Assembly (NCBI GenBank): GCA_025350425.1
Contig: JANXXW010000045.1
Span: 1 to 34,976, forward strand
Origin: Rhodospirillales bacterium
GTDB taxonomy: Bacteria; Pseudomonadota; Alphaproteobacteria; Acetobacterales; Acetobacteraceae
Direction of reading: 5' to 3'
Length of the DNA stretch: 34,976 nt
The stretch's first letter is position 1. Each line of letters begins with the position of its first letter. A model generated the notes under the pieces. That model was given only the letters and a program-made list of their open reading frames with translations. It had not been told where the DNA came from and made no database searches. The position numbers and the translations under genes are program-made. This document shows, one piece after another, positions 1 through 8,478 of this stretch.

Positions 1-65
1 GGCCGAAGCGCCGGTCCCCGCCCACATGGCCGCCGGCATCATCGCCCTGGGCGGCTGATCACCCG

Positions 66-88
66 GCTGGTTACCCCCGCTGGTTACC
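66..88. repeat. 10-nt direct repeat GCTGGTTACC x2 (period 13) at the 3-prime end of the lipoprotein gene
   Basis: gctggttacc occurs at 66-75 and 79-88. The two copies can pair as an imperfect hairpin (67-75 with 82-90). The second copy overlaps the TAA stop (84-86, minus strand). It is a possible terminator in a convergent gap, but has no U-run. Confidence 0.4.
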
Positions 89-671
89 GGGGCATCGCGC
101 CTTCGATTTGCGTGAAAATCTGCGCCAGCGCAGCCCGCATCCCCGCCGCCGCATCGGGTGCATCCAATCCCATGAGTTGAACATCGGCCGAGAAGCTGCG
201 TTGGAGCAGGATGCGTGGTGCGTCGCCCTTCTGCTCGATCACCGCGACATTCAACGCCGCGTGGGCCCGACGTGTCGCACTGACCGACCACAACGCGTCG
301 AGCGAGCTTTCCAGCACCAAGTCCGGAACCAGGCGGCTGCCTGGCGCGACAACGGCGGCGAACCGGCCGCTATCGGCCAGCCATTGACGCAGCGAGTCCT
401 CAGCCGCCTCGGCGGGAGGCACCGCCCATTCCTCATAGAACTCGGTTTTGACGCTGCCATCCGGCTGCACGGATTGCAGCCCACGCGCTTCCATCCCGGG
501 CCCGGCCCGCACGGTGCGAACCAGCAGAACGCGCTTGCCCGCGCGCGGCGCGATTGTGGGACGGCGAACCTGGAGTGGCCACGTCCGCCGCTCGACATAG
601 GGCCGTTCCGCCAGGCCGCATCCTGTCACCACCGTCGAGGCCGCCAGCGCAAACAGCATCCGGCGCTTCAT
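84..671 (-). CDS. ABC-type transport auxiliary lipoprotein (YmbA/PqiC-like, DUF330 family)
   Basis: The internal ATG at 669-671 of the 84..1241 ORF gives MKRRMLFALAASTVVTGCG, a signal peptide plus lipobox. It forms an ATGA overlap with the stop of the upstream MCE gene. The part of the 385-aa ORF upstream of this ATG is Arg/Gly-rich and overlaps the MCE gene. Confidence 0.7.
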   Translation of the reverse strand: MKRRMLFALAASTVVTGCGLAERPYVERRTWPLQVRRPTIAPRAGKRVLLVRTVRAGPGMEARGLQSVQPDGSVKTEFYEEWAVPPAEAAEDSLRQWLADSGRFAAVVAPGSRLVPDLVLESSLDALWSVSATRRAHAALNVAVIEQKGDAPRILLQRSFSADVQLMGLDAPDAAAGMRAALAQIFTQIEGAMPR

Positions 672-1687
672 CGGCGGGTTCCCTCGCGCGGCGGCGGCCC
701 ACCCAGCAGCACCGAGGCAGGGTAGCCGCGCAGCGCCTCCGTGGTGTCGCGCAGGTTTTGCGCCGCCGCCCGGGCATCGCGCAGCACGGGGGCGAGGTCG
801 GCCTGCAGGTCGGCGGTGCCGTTGCCGGTCCGCTGTACCACGGCCTGCAACGAGGCGATCAGCAGTGGCAGCTTGGCGGCGGCGTCGCTGAACCGCTCGG
901 CCGCTTTGGTGGCCGTCGCGAGCAATCCGCGCGTCTCCTTGGAATTGAGCGTGCCCTGCAACCCTTCCGCCGTCTGACGCAACTCGGCGGCCAATCCCGG
1001 CAGGTCGGCCTTGTCGACCGCGATCCGTATGGACGCCATGAGGTCGGCGGTCTGGGCCAGCGCCTGGCTGGCGTTTCCAGTGGTGAGCTGACCGTGAATG
1101 TCGTTCAGAACCGCCTGCAATCCATCGGAAAGTTTGACGAAGTCGATCTTGTCGATCTTTGCCAGCAGCGCCTGCGCACTGTCCTGCACCTGGGTGATCG
1201 TGCTGGGCACAGAGGGTATGTAGGTATCGCGGGGTGTCCACGGCACCTGTTCTGGCGGGAAGCGCTGCGGATCGACGAAGTCGAGTTCGATATACGAGAG
1301 GCCGGTAAGCCCCAGGCTGGCGAGCCGCGCCCGCAACCCGGCATTCACCGCATTTTCCCTGTCCGGCAGCTTGCCAACCCGACTGGGGTCGATTTCAAAC
1401 CGCACCATCACCAACCGCGAGGTGGCGCGCCGCACGTCCACCGGGCTGTCCTTGAGGTAGGTCGCGGCCACCAGCGCAATCTCGTTCACCTGCCCGAGCG
1501 AGACGCCGCGGAACTTGACCAGCGCGCCGACATCGAGGCCCTGGACGCTCTCGGTGAAATAGGTCTCGTATTTCGCGCCGGCGCTGACGCGGGAGCCGGT
1601 CAGAAACAGCACGAACCCGACGATGCAGGCAGTGGCTATCACGACCAGCAGCCCGACCCGCAGGAACGCGCCCCGCCCTTCCTTCAT
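668..1687 (-). CDS. MCE/MlaD-family periplasmic component of an ABC lipid transporter
   Basis: N-terminal TM helix (RVGLLVVIATACIVGFVLFL) followed by an MCE-type core (YFTESVQGLDVGALVKFRGVSLGQV). The C-terminal part is long and helical, rich in Ala/Leu/Gln. Its start forms an ATGA overlap with the ATPase stop at 1684-1687. Confidence 0.8.
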   Translation of the reverse strand: MKEGRGAFLRVGLLVVIATACIVGFVLFLTGSRVSAGAKYETYFTESVQGLDVGALVKFRGVSLGQVNEIALVAATYLKDSPVDVRRATSRLVMVRFEIDPSRVGKLPDRENAVNAGLRARLASLGLTGLSYIELDFVDPQRFPPEQVPWTPRDTYIPSVPSTITQVQDSAQALLAKIDKIDFVKLSDGLQAVLNDIHGQLTTGNASQALAQTADLMASIRIAVDKADLPGLAAELRQTAEGLQGTLNSKETRGLLATATKAAERFSDAAAKLPLLIASLQAVVQRTGNGTADLQADLAPVLRDARAAAQNLRDTTEALRGYPASVLLGGPPPREGTRR

Positions 1688-2448
1688 GCCATCGCCTCGC
1701 GCCGAAAGAATGCGCGTACCGTCGGCTGGGTGCTGGAGTCACGCAACTCGCGCGGGTCACCCTCGGCGATCATGCCCTGCGCCACGCTATCCAGCATCAG
1801 GCACCGATCGGCGATGGCTAGGATCGAGGCCAGTTCATGCGTCACCACGACGAAGGTGGCGCCCAACGTGTCACGCAACTCCAGTATCAGCCGGTCCAGC
1901 CCCGCCGAGGTGATCGGGTCCAGCCCCGCCGATGGCTCGTCGAGGAACAGCAACGGCGGATCCAGTGCCAGCGCGCGGGCGATGGCGGCGCGCTTGGTCA
2001 TGCCGCCGGAGACTTCGGCGGGATTCATGTCAGCCGCATCGGCCAGCCCGACCAGGCCAAGCTTGGTGCGCGCAACCGCCTCGCGGCCGGCCAATGGCAG
2101 GTCGGTATACATCTCCAACGGGAGCATCACGTTCTGAAGCAGGGACATCGAGCCGAACAACGCTCCAGATTGGAACATGACGCCGATCTCGCGTAGCACG
2201 TCGTCATCCTCGCCAGCTCCCCGGTCGCCATACATGTCGCGCCCGAGCACTTCGATGCGCCCGGCGGCGGGTCGCAACAGGCCGATCGCCTGTTTCATCA
2301 GCGTTGATTTACCCGATCCCGAGCCACCGAGGATCGCATATACCTGGCCGCGCGCTACCTCGAAGCTTACATTTTTGTAAATCGTGCGGCCTTCGAAAAT
2401 CTGCGACAGCCCCACGCCGCGCACCGCCGGCTGTGGCAGCGCGCTCAT
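1684..2448 (-). CDS. ABC transporter ATP-binding protein, MlaF-like
   Basis: Walker A GGSGSGKST, signature VSGGMTKRAAIARAL, Walker B LLFLDEPSAGLD, H-loop VVVTHE. I placed the start at ATG 2446-2448 (MSALPQP), which forms an ATGA overlap with the permease stop. The longer 324-aa ORF would overlap the permease gene. Confidence 0.85.
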   Translation of the reverse strand: MSALPQPAVRGVGLSQIFEGRTIYKNVSFEVARGQVYAILGGSGSGKSTLMKQAIGLLRPAAGRIEVLGRDMYGDRGAGEDDDVLREIGVMFQSGALFGSMSLLQNVMLPLEMYTDLPLAGREAVARTKLGLVGLADAADMNPAEVSGGMTKRAAIARALALDPPLLFLDEPSAGLDPITSAGLDRLILELRDTLGATFVVVTHELASILAIADRCLMLDSVAQGMIAEGDPRELRDSSTQPTVRAFFRREAMA

Positions 2449-3548
2449 ACGTTCAGCCGATAGAACGCCAGCGCGAACAACCCGTCGATCACGATGGAAG
2501 CCACGATTCCGCCCACCACGGCACGGGTCGCAGAAATCCCAACCGCGCGCGGCCCGACGCCGGTCGTCAGCCCGGCCCGGCACCCGATCAGGGCGATGGC
2601 GGCGCCGAACACCATGGATTTCACCAGTCCGCCGATCACGTCCTTGGCCACCACCCAATAGGCGATCTGGTTCCAGACCGTGACCGGGGCGAAACCGAAA
2701 CCCTTCAGCACCATGGTCATCCCGACCAGCCCCGCCAGTTCCATGATGATGGTCAGTGCAGGCATCACGAGCGTTGCCGCGACCAGCCGGGGTAGCACCA
2801 GCATGGTCATCGAATCGAGGCCCATCGTGGCCAGCGCGTCCAGTTCCTCGTTCACCTTCATGGTGCCGATCTCGGCCGCGAACGCCGATCCCGTCCGGCC
2901 CGACAGGATCACGGCCGCCAATAACGGCCCGAGTTCACGCGCAAGGCTGATGCCCACGAGGTCGGCCGCGTAAAGGTCGGCCCCGAACCGCCGCAGCGGC
3001 ACCAGCGACTGAAACGCGAGAATTAACCCGATCAGCACCCCCAGGAGCAGCACCAGCGGCACCGCCCGCACGCCGGCCTGATCGGCCGTGCGCCAGAAAT
3101 CGGCGCCCCGCCACATGCGCCGCCGCATCGGCAGCTTGCCCAGCGCCACCAGGGCCTCACCGATGTAGACGATCACGTCGGAGACGTCGCGATAGGCGGT
3201 CATAGCCTCCTGCCGCACGGTTTGCGCCCGCGACACTGCCTCGTGCACAGGGCGCCGGGGCGTCTCGCGCACCCGCATCACCACCGCCTCGATCTCCGGT
3301 GTTGCCCCCTCGATCCGCGCTGGCGCGCCCTGGGCCTCTTCGGCGAATACCAGCATCGTGGCGCCGGCGGTATCGCACAACGTGACCCGCGCGAGGTCGA
3401 ATATCAGGGGCAGGCGTTGCCGCGCCGCCCACATTGTCGATTTCCAGACCCGTCCGGCGCCCACCGCGTCGAGCCTGCCCGCGTAGGTCAGCACGCGGAA
3501 CCCATCGCGCTCCGACACTAGGACGGAGGCATTGCTGCCGGCGGTCAT
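2445..3548 (-). CDS. MlaE-like ABC permease with N-terminal STAS-like (MlaB-like) domain
   Basis: The first ~100 aa (SVLVSERDGFRVLTYAGRLDAVGAGRVW...LIFDLARVTLCDTAGATMLV) look like an anti-sigma-antagonist/STAS fold. The remainder is a multi-TM MlaE-type permease (LVGISLARELGPLLAAVILSGRTGSAFAAEIGTMKVNEELDAL). Confidence 0.75.
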   Translation of the reverse strand: MTAGSNASVLVSERDGFRVLTYAGRLDAVGAGRVWKSTMWAARQRLPLIFDLARVTLCDTAGATMLVFAEEAQGAPARIEGATPEIEAVVMRVRETPRRPVHEAVSRAQTVRQEAMTAYRDVSDVIVYIGEALVALGKLPMRRRMWRGADFWRTADQAGVRAVPLVLLLGVLIGLILAFQSLVPLRRFGADLYAADLVGISLARELGPLLAAVILSGRTGSAFAAEIGTMKVNEELDALATMGLDSMTMLVLPRLVAATLVMPALTIIMELAGLVGMTMVLKGFGFAPVTVWNQIAYWVVAKDVIGGLVKSMVFGAAIALIGCRAGLTTGVGPRAVGISATRAVVGGIVASIVIDGLFALAFYRLNV

Positions 3549-3561
3549 CGGCGGTGAAACG

Positions 3562-4608
3562 TCAACGCGCCAACCAAGCTTCGAAGCGGGGGCTCAGCTT
3601 GTCGAAATTATCATGCCAGAACGCAGGATCCGCCGGCACGGAGAGAGCGAGGTTCGCGGGCGCCGCCGGATCGATCGCCAGCAGGTCCGGCGGTAAACCG
3701 TCTGTGCTGGACCGCGCCGCGCCGCCGAACGCCACCGAATTAAGCAACCGGCCCTGCACCTTGGGATCACCGGCGAACAGCAGGAATTTCTGCGCGTCGG
3801 CTAGGTTCGCACTGCCCTTCGTGATCGCCCAACTATCGACTTCGGTCAACGCTCCGGTCCATTGGATGCCGAAATTGCGGTGCCCCGCGCGGTCTGCCTC
3901 CACCACCTGCTCGGCAGGGGCGCTGGTCATCAGCACCTCGCCCGAGCCCAGGATCTTGATCGCGTCGACCGGCTTGTCTCCGGCATCCGACCAGAACACG
4001 AGGTAGGGCTTGAGTTGATCAAGTTTACGGAACGCGCGCTCGACGCCGTCCGTGCCGCGCAGTGTCGAATAGATATCGGCCGGAGCCACGCCATCGGCGA
4101 GCAATGCGATTTCCAGGTTGCCCACCACGCCGCGCCGCAGCCCGCGCTTGCCGGGGTTCTTCGCGATATCGCCGAAATCCGTCCAGGTCGGGATTGCCTG
4201 GAACTTATCGCGATCCCAGGCCAGAACCGTCGCGTGCAAGAAAGCGCCCATACCGCAATCGCTTACGGCCCGCGCCAGCATCCGGTCGCGGCCACCGATG
4301 GCAGCCCAGTCCAGCTTCTCGACCATGCCCTGCGCGCATGCGGTGACGAGGTCGGAGCCCTTCAACTGCACAATATCCCACAGGAATGCATCGTCTTGCT
4401 GGACGGCGGTATCGCGCGGGCGGTCCACGACATCGACCTTGGTGCCGGTCGACGCGGTGAACGGCGCGACGAAGCTGTCGATCAGCCCGGCGCGGGCAAT
4501 CCCCTCCATGTCAGCGCGCAGGCCGATCGTGAGGTCGCGCCCAAAGGCCGGATTGGATACCACGATCGCGGCAATCATGCAGCAGACGGGGCCGGCCCTG
4601 AAGATCAT
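3562..4608 (-). CDS. periplasmic solute-binding protein, PotD/PotF-like (family 1)
   Basis: Start taken at ATG 4606-4608 (MIFRAGPVCCMIAAIVVSNPAFG, a signal peptide). Size and overall pattern fit extracellular solute-binding proteins of polyamine-type importers. The stop lies 13 nt upstream of the STAS-MlaE start. Confidence 0.65.
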   Translation of the reverse strand: MIFRAGPVCCMIAAIVVSNPAFGRDLTIGLRADMEGIARAGLIDSFVAPFTASTGTKVDVVDRPRDTAVQQDDAFLWDIVQLKGSDLVTACAQGMVEKLDWAAIGGRDRMLARAVSDCGMGAFLHATVLAWDRDKFQAIPTWTDFGDIAKNPGKRGLRRGVVGNLEIALLADGVAPADIYSTLRGTDGVERAFRKLDQLKPYLVFWSDAGDKPVDAIKILGSGEVLMTSAPAEQVVEADRAGHRNFGIQWTGALTEVDSWAITKGSANLADAQKFLLFAGDPKVQGRLLNSVAFGGAARSSTDGLPPDLLAIDPAAPANLALSVPADPAFWHDNFDKLSPRFEAWLAR

Positions 4609-5186
4609 GCGAAGCGTAATGGCGCCGGGTCCCAACAGCTATGCCCTTGATCAGCGAGCGGGCGTGCTAGACTAACCCTGACTCGCTTATTGCGGCAACG
4701 CACCTGCCGCATTTTCCACTTCATGGCATAGTTGCCTCGGGGTGGTAAATCCGCCCGTGCCGGAGCTGCCACGTCAACGCGGTTGTCTAGCCCGCCAAGG
4801 CCGGCCTCCCCTGGCCGCTTTACCAGTTCGCGCTGCTGTAGGCTTCCCATGTGGCGCACGCGCAAGGGAAGCGAGATATTCTGGGGAACCGTCATATGCG
4901 GAGATAGCGCGAAGTTCTGGAACACCACACCGATATCGCGGCGGTGCGGTGGCGTGTGGGCGATCGTGCGGCCTTCGAACAGGATCTCGCCAGCGTCGGG
5001 CCGCTCGAAACCCGCCAGCATCATCAGCAAAATCGTCTTTCCGGAACCGGACGGACCCGGTAGCGTTACAAATTTACTGTGTGTGATGTCCAGGCTGAGG
5101 TCGCGAACCACCAACGCGCCACCGTCGTAACTTATGCGCACATGGTCGAAGCGCACGAAGCGGTGCGGCGACGCTGTGGGCGGCAT
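4605..5186 (-). pseudogene. decayed PotA-like ABC ATPase remnant
   Basis: The N-terminal half is a good ABC ATPase (Walker A GPSGSGKT, Q-loop VVFQNFALSPHMTV). No LSGGQ signature is present. A ~20-aa insertion-like stretch precedes RVRVSLARPLA. The Walker B region is degenerate (HSCWDPAP instead of LLLDEP). The ORF stops right there with no H-loop or C-terminal domain. Confidence 0.55.
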
Positions 5187-5212
5187 CGGATTTCTCCTGG
5201 AACAACCGGTGG

Positions 5213-5237
5213 GCAACCGGTAGGGCGTATTTGCGTT
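5213..5237 (+). promoter_or_regulatory. candidate ECF (general-stress, EcfG-type) promoter GCAAC-N16-CGTT
   Basis: GCAAC at 5213-5217, a 16-nt spacer, then CGTT at 5234-5237, about 38 nt upstream of the DUF883 ATG. This is one mismatch from the alphaproteobacterial GGAAC-N16/17-CGTT consensus. It overlaps an 11-nt tandem repeat (CAACCGGTGGG / CAACCGGTAGG, 5203-5224). Confidence 0.3.
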
Positions 5238-5274
5238 GGATGCCCAACTTTTCGCAACAGAGGAGAATCACGCT

Positions 5275-5547
5275 ATGGCTTCCGCTTCCGAAACGTTCAA
5301 TCAGACCAGCCATGAGGCCCGCGAGCAGATCAAGCAGTTGCGCGACCAAGTGGACAGTTTGATGCGCGACCGCGTGACCCCGATGCTCTCGGATGCGGCC
5401 GGCCGTGCGCAGGACTATGGCCGTCAGGCCAGCGACGCGGCGCAGGACCAGGTTGAGCATCTCTCCGGCCGCGTCCGCGAAATGCCGATGACCGCCATCC
5501 TGATCGCCGCCGTAGCCGGCTTCCTTATCGGCCGGATCGCCCGCTAA
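5275..5547 (+). CDS. DUF883 family membrane-anchored protein (ElaB/YqjD-like)
   Basis: Start at ATG 5275, preceded by GAGGAG. The protein has a helical, charged N-terminal part and a C-terminal anchor MPMTAILIAAVAGFLIGRI, typical of DUF883. Confidence 0.75.
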   Translation: MASASETFNQTSHEAREQIKQLRDQVDSLMRDRVTPMLSDAAGRAQDYGRQASDAAQDQVEHLSGRVREMPMTAILIAAVAGFLIGRIAR

Positions 5548-5549
5548 TC

Positions 5550-5987
5550 ATGCGCACCCTCCGTCTGGCAAAAGTCGTCGCTCAGGCGGAGGGTCTGCGC
5601 CTTCGGCGCCTGGCGCACCGGACTACTTATCGCGGCATATACGGCGGGGTGGCGGCAGTCTTCGCGATCGCGTTGCTGGCGGTGGTGCATGTCGCGCTTC
5701 ACGAGTGGTTGCTCGCCTATGTCTCCTCACTCGCCGCGACTGGCATTCTGGCGTTGATTGATTTCGTCATTGCCGGAATCTTCGGTCTCCTTGCGCTTCG
5801 GTCGAGCCCGGACGCCGTCGAGCTTGAAGCCACCCGCGTGCGCGACACCGCCCGCGCCCAACTGACTGACACCTTGACGATGACCGCGCTCATCGGCCCG
5901 GCAATGCGCATGGCCGGCGGACGCAAGATCGCCAGCATCGCGATCGGCGCCCTGGCCGCCCGTTATTTCATGAGCCGTAGCAAGTAG
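5550..5987 (+). CDS. small integral membrane protein, YqjE / phage-holin-family (Holin-X)-like
   Basis: It begins 2 nt after the DUF883 stop. It has two central TM helices (GGVAAVFAIALLAVVHVAL and ATGILALIDFVIAGIFGLLAL). A DUF883 gene followed by such a protein is a recurrent pair (E. coli yqjD-yqjE). Confidence 0.55.
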   Translation: MRTLRLAKVVAQAEGLRLRRLAHRTTYRGIYGGVAAVFAIALLAVVHVALHEWLLAYVSSLAATGILALIDFVIAGIFGLLALRSSPDAVELEATRVRDTARAQLTDTLTMTALIGPAMRMAGGRKIASIAIGALAARYFMSRSK

Positions 5988-6059
5988 AGACGGACCCGGC
6001 TGGGGTTGACCCGGTCGGATCATTCTTGCTTCTGGGCCGCAAACATCCGGAGCAGGTCA

Positions 6060-7061
6060 GTGAGCAACGTCGAGATCAGCATAGACGGCCGCGTCGGATG
6101 CATTCGGCTCAATCGTCCGAAGGCACTCAACGCCATCGATCTGGACATGATCCACGTCATCTCCGACACACTCGCCAAGTGGATCGATACGCCGTCGATC
6201 CATGCCGTCGTCATCGATGCAGAGGGTGAGCGCGCGTTTTGCGCCGGTGGCGACATACGCGCGATCCGAACCATGGCGCTGGCGGGCGACAAGGCCGGGA
6301 TCGAGACGTTCTTCGCCGAGGAATACGCCCTCAACGCCGCCATCGCCGCATACCCCAAGCCATATGTCGCGTTGATCGACGGCATCTGCATGGGCGGCGG
6401 CATCGGCCTGTCCATCCACGGCGATATCAGGGTCACCAGTGAAGCCGGTATGTTCGCCATGCCTGAAACTGCAATCGGCATGTTCCCCGATGTCGGCGCG
6501 ACCTTCGCGTTGCCGCGCCTGTCGGGCGAATTGGGCATGTATATGGGCCTGACCGGCACGCGGCTGTCCGGGGCCGACGCGGTCCATGCCGGGCTAGCCA
6601 CCCATTTCGTGCCTCGCGCGGAAATGCCGGCGTTGAAGCAGGCGCTCGCACATGACGGCGTGGCGGTGGTGGCGGCGTTTGCCCATCCTCTGCCGCCTTT
6701 CACACTGGCGCCCTATCGCGAGGCGATCGACCGCTGCTTCGGTGCGGACGATGTCCCCGGCATCCTGTCTCGCCTGGCAGCGGAGGATTCGGACTGGGCG
6801 AAAGAGACGCTGGCAACGCTCCGCGCCCATTCCCCGTCGGCCCTGCTGTTCTCGTTCGCCATCATCCGCGCCGGGGGGGGCCGCACCCTGCCCGAATGCC
6901 TTGCCGCCGAACTGGCTCTGACCCGCCACGTGACCGTGCATCCCGATCTTGCCGAAGGAATCCGCGCCATGTTGGTGGACAAGGACCGCGCACCGCGCTG
7001 GCATCCGGACCGGGTGGAGAATGTGGACCCGGCTTCGATCGCGCGCATGATTGCCGCATGA
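6060..7061 (+). CDS. enoyl-CoA hydratase/isomerase family protein, 3-hydroxyisobutyryl-CoA hydrolase-like
   Basis: Crotonase-fold N-terminus (GCIRLNRPKALNAIDLDM...AFCAGGDIRA...ALIDGICMGGGIGLS) plus the long C-terminal extension typical of HIBCH-type hydrolases. The GTG at 6060 has GGAG 7 nt upstream. The ORF is open from 6006, so the start is uncertain. Confidence 0.75.
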   Translation: MSNVEISIDGRVGCIRLNRPKALNAIDLDMIHVISDTLAKWIDTPSIHAVVIDAEGERAFCAGGDIRAIRTMALAGDKAGIETFFAEEYALNAAIAAYPKPYVALIDGICMGGGIGLSIHGDIRVTSEAGMFAMPETAIGMFPDVGATFALPRLSGELGMYMGLTGTRLSGADAVHAGLATHFVPRAEMPALKQALAHDGVAVVAAFAHPLPPFTLAPYREAIDRCFGADDVPGILSRLAAEDSDWAKETLATLRAHSPSALLFSFAIIRAGGGRTLPECLAAELALTRHVTVHPDLAEGIRAMLVDKDRAPRWHPDRVENVDPASIARMIAA

Positions 7062-7121
7062 CTGGCGGGCGCCGTCCCCCCAGCGTTAGGATCGAACCTG
7101 GGCCAACAGAACCTTGAAGGA

Positions 7122-8462
7122 ATGGCGATGAACGTCTCCGTGCGGATACCCGAGGTCATCAAGACCGCCGCCGGTTACCAGACCGGGTTCGGCAATGGCT
7201 TCGAAACCGAGGCCTTGCCGGGCGCGCTGCCGGTGGGACGCAATTCGCCGCAGCATTGCGCCTATGGCCTGTACGCCGAACAACTCAGCGGCTCGCCGTT
7301 CACCGCCCCTCGCGCCTCCAACGAACGATCCTGGCTCTACCGCATCCGCCCCACCGTCCAGCATCTCGGCCACTTCACCAAAGCCGATCCCGGCCTATGG
7401 CGCACCGCGCCATGTACCGAGGTCGAGATGCCTATCGCGCCGCTGCGCTGGGACCCGATCGCGCTTCCCACGGAAAGGCTCAACCTCGTCGAGGGTATCC
7501 GCACCATCACCACGGCCGGCGACGCGGCGGCACAGACCGGCATGGCGGCGCATGTCTTCCTTGTCACCCGGTCTATGGAGAACGAATATTTCTACAACGC
7601 CGATGGCGAGATGCTGTTCGTGTTGCAGCAGGGAGCCCTGAGGTTCTGCACCGAGTTCGGCATCATCGATGCGGCGCCCGGCGAGATCGTGGTTATCCCA
7701 CGCGGGATAAAACTGCGCGTCGAACTGCGCGGTGAGGCGGCACGCGGCTATTGTTGCGAGAATTACGGCGGCAGCTTCACGCTGCCCGAGCGTGGCCCGA
7801 TCGGGGCCAACTGCCTTGCCAACCCGCGCGACTTCCTGACTCCCCTGGCCGCCTACGAGGACCGCGATGCGCCGTCCAAGCTCACCGTGAAATGGGGCGG
7901 CAATCTCTGGAGCTGCGAACTGGACCATTCGCCGCTGGACGTGGTGGCGTGGCACGGCAACTACGCGCCCTACAAATACGATCTGCGCCGCTTCTCGCCG
8001 GTCGGGCCACTGCTGTTCGACCACGCCGACCCGTCGATCTTCACCACGCTGACCGCCCCATCCGACACGCCGGGCACCGCGAACATCGATTTCGTCATTT
8101 TCCCGGACCGTTGGGCAGTGGCTGAGAACACGTTTCGGCCGCCCTGGTATCATATGAATATCATGTCCGAGTTCATGGGCCTGATCTACGGCGCCTATGA
8201 CGCCAAGCCCCAGGGCTTTGTCCCGGGCGGTTTCAGCCTGCACAACTCCATGCTGCCACACGGCCCGGATGCGGCAGCGTTCGAGGGCGCCAGCAACGCT
8301 GAACTGAAGCCTGTGAAACTGTCCGGCACCATGGCGTTCATGTTCGAGACCCGGTATCCGCAAAAAGTAACCAGATACGCGGCTGACCTGGGCGAATTGC
8401 AGCACGACTACGTCGATTGCTGGCGCGGCCTTGCCAAGCGTTTCGACCCGAACAGGCCCTGA
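7122..8462 (+). CDS. hmgA: homogentisate 1,2-dioxygenase
   Basis: Full-length HmgA pattern ([26 protein letters not shown]...[14 protein letters not shown]...[16 protein letters not shown]). An alternative start at ATG 7128 has better spacing to GAAGGA. Confidence 0.9.
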   Translation: MAMNVSVRIPEVIKTAAGYQTGFGNGFETEALPGALPVGRNSPQHCAYGLYAEQLSGSPFTAPRASNERSWLYRIRPTVQHLGHFTKADPGLWRTAPCTEVEMPIAPLRWDPIALPTERLNLVEGIRTITTAGDAAAQTGMAAHVFLVTRSMENEYFYNADGEMLFVLQQGALRFCTEFGIIDAAPGEIVVIPRGIKLRVELRGEAARGYCCENYGGSFTLPERGPIGANCLANPRDFLTPLAAYEDRDAPSKLTVKWGGNLWSCELDHSPLDVVAWHGNYAPYKYDLRRFSPVGPLLFDHADPSIFTTLTAPSDTPGTANIDFVIFPDRWAVAENTFRPPWYHMNIMSEFMGLIYGAYDAKPQGFVPGGFSLHNSMLPHGPDAAAFEGASNAELKPVKLSGTMAFMFETRYPQKVTRYAADLGELQHDYVDCWRGLAKRFDPNRP

Positions 8463-8478
8463 GGACACGCTTGCTTTT

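Noticed and set aside
1-58. A possible 3-prime end of a plus-strand gene (...AEAPVPAHMAAGIIALGG, stop at 56-58).
   Set aside because: Only 18 codons are visible. That is too little to identify the gene, or even to be sure it is coding.
84-1241. The full 385-aa version of the first minus-strand ORF.
   Set aside because: The upstream 190 codons overlap the MCE gene and are compositionally junk. The internal ATG at 671 gives a clean lipoprotein signal and an ATGA junction.
554-2137. Long ORFs antisense to, or out of frame with, the called genes. Examples: 554..2137 (+), 7395..8657 (-), 8338..9555 (-), 9966..11003 (-), 15211..16569 (+), 18616..19749 (+), 24428..25618 (+), 26305..27618 (+).
   Set aside because: Their products are Arg/Gly/Pro/Ala-rich with no motifs. 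This is typical of shadow ORFs in GC-rich DNA. Each overlaps a gene with strong family signatures on the other strand or in another frame.
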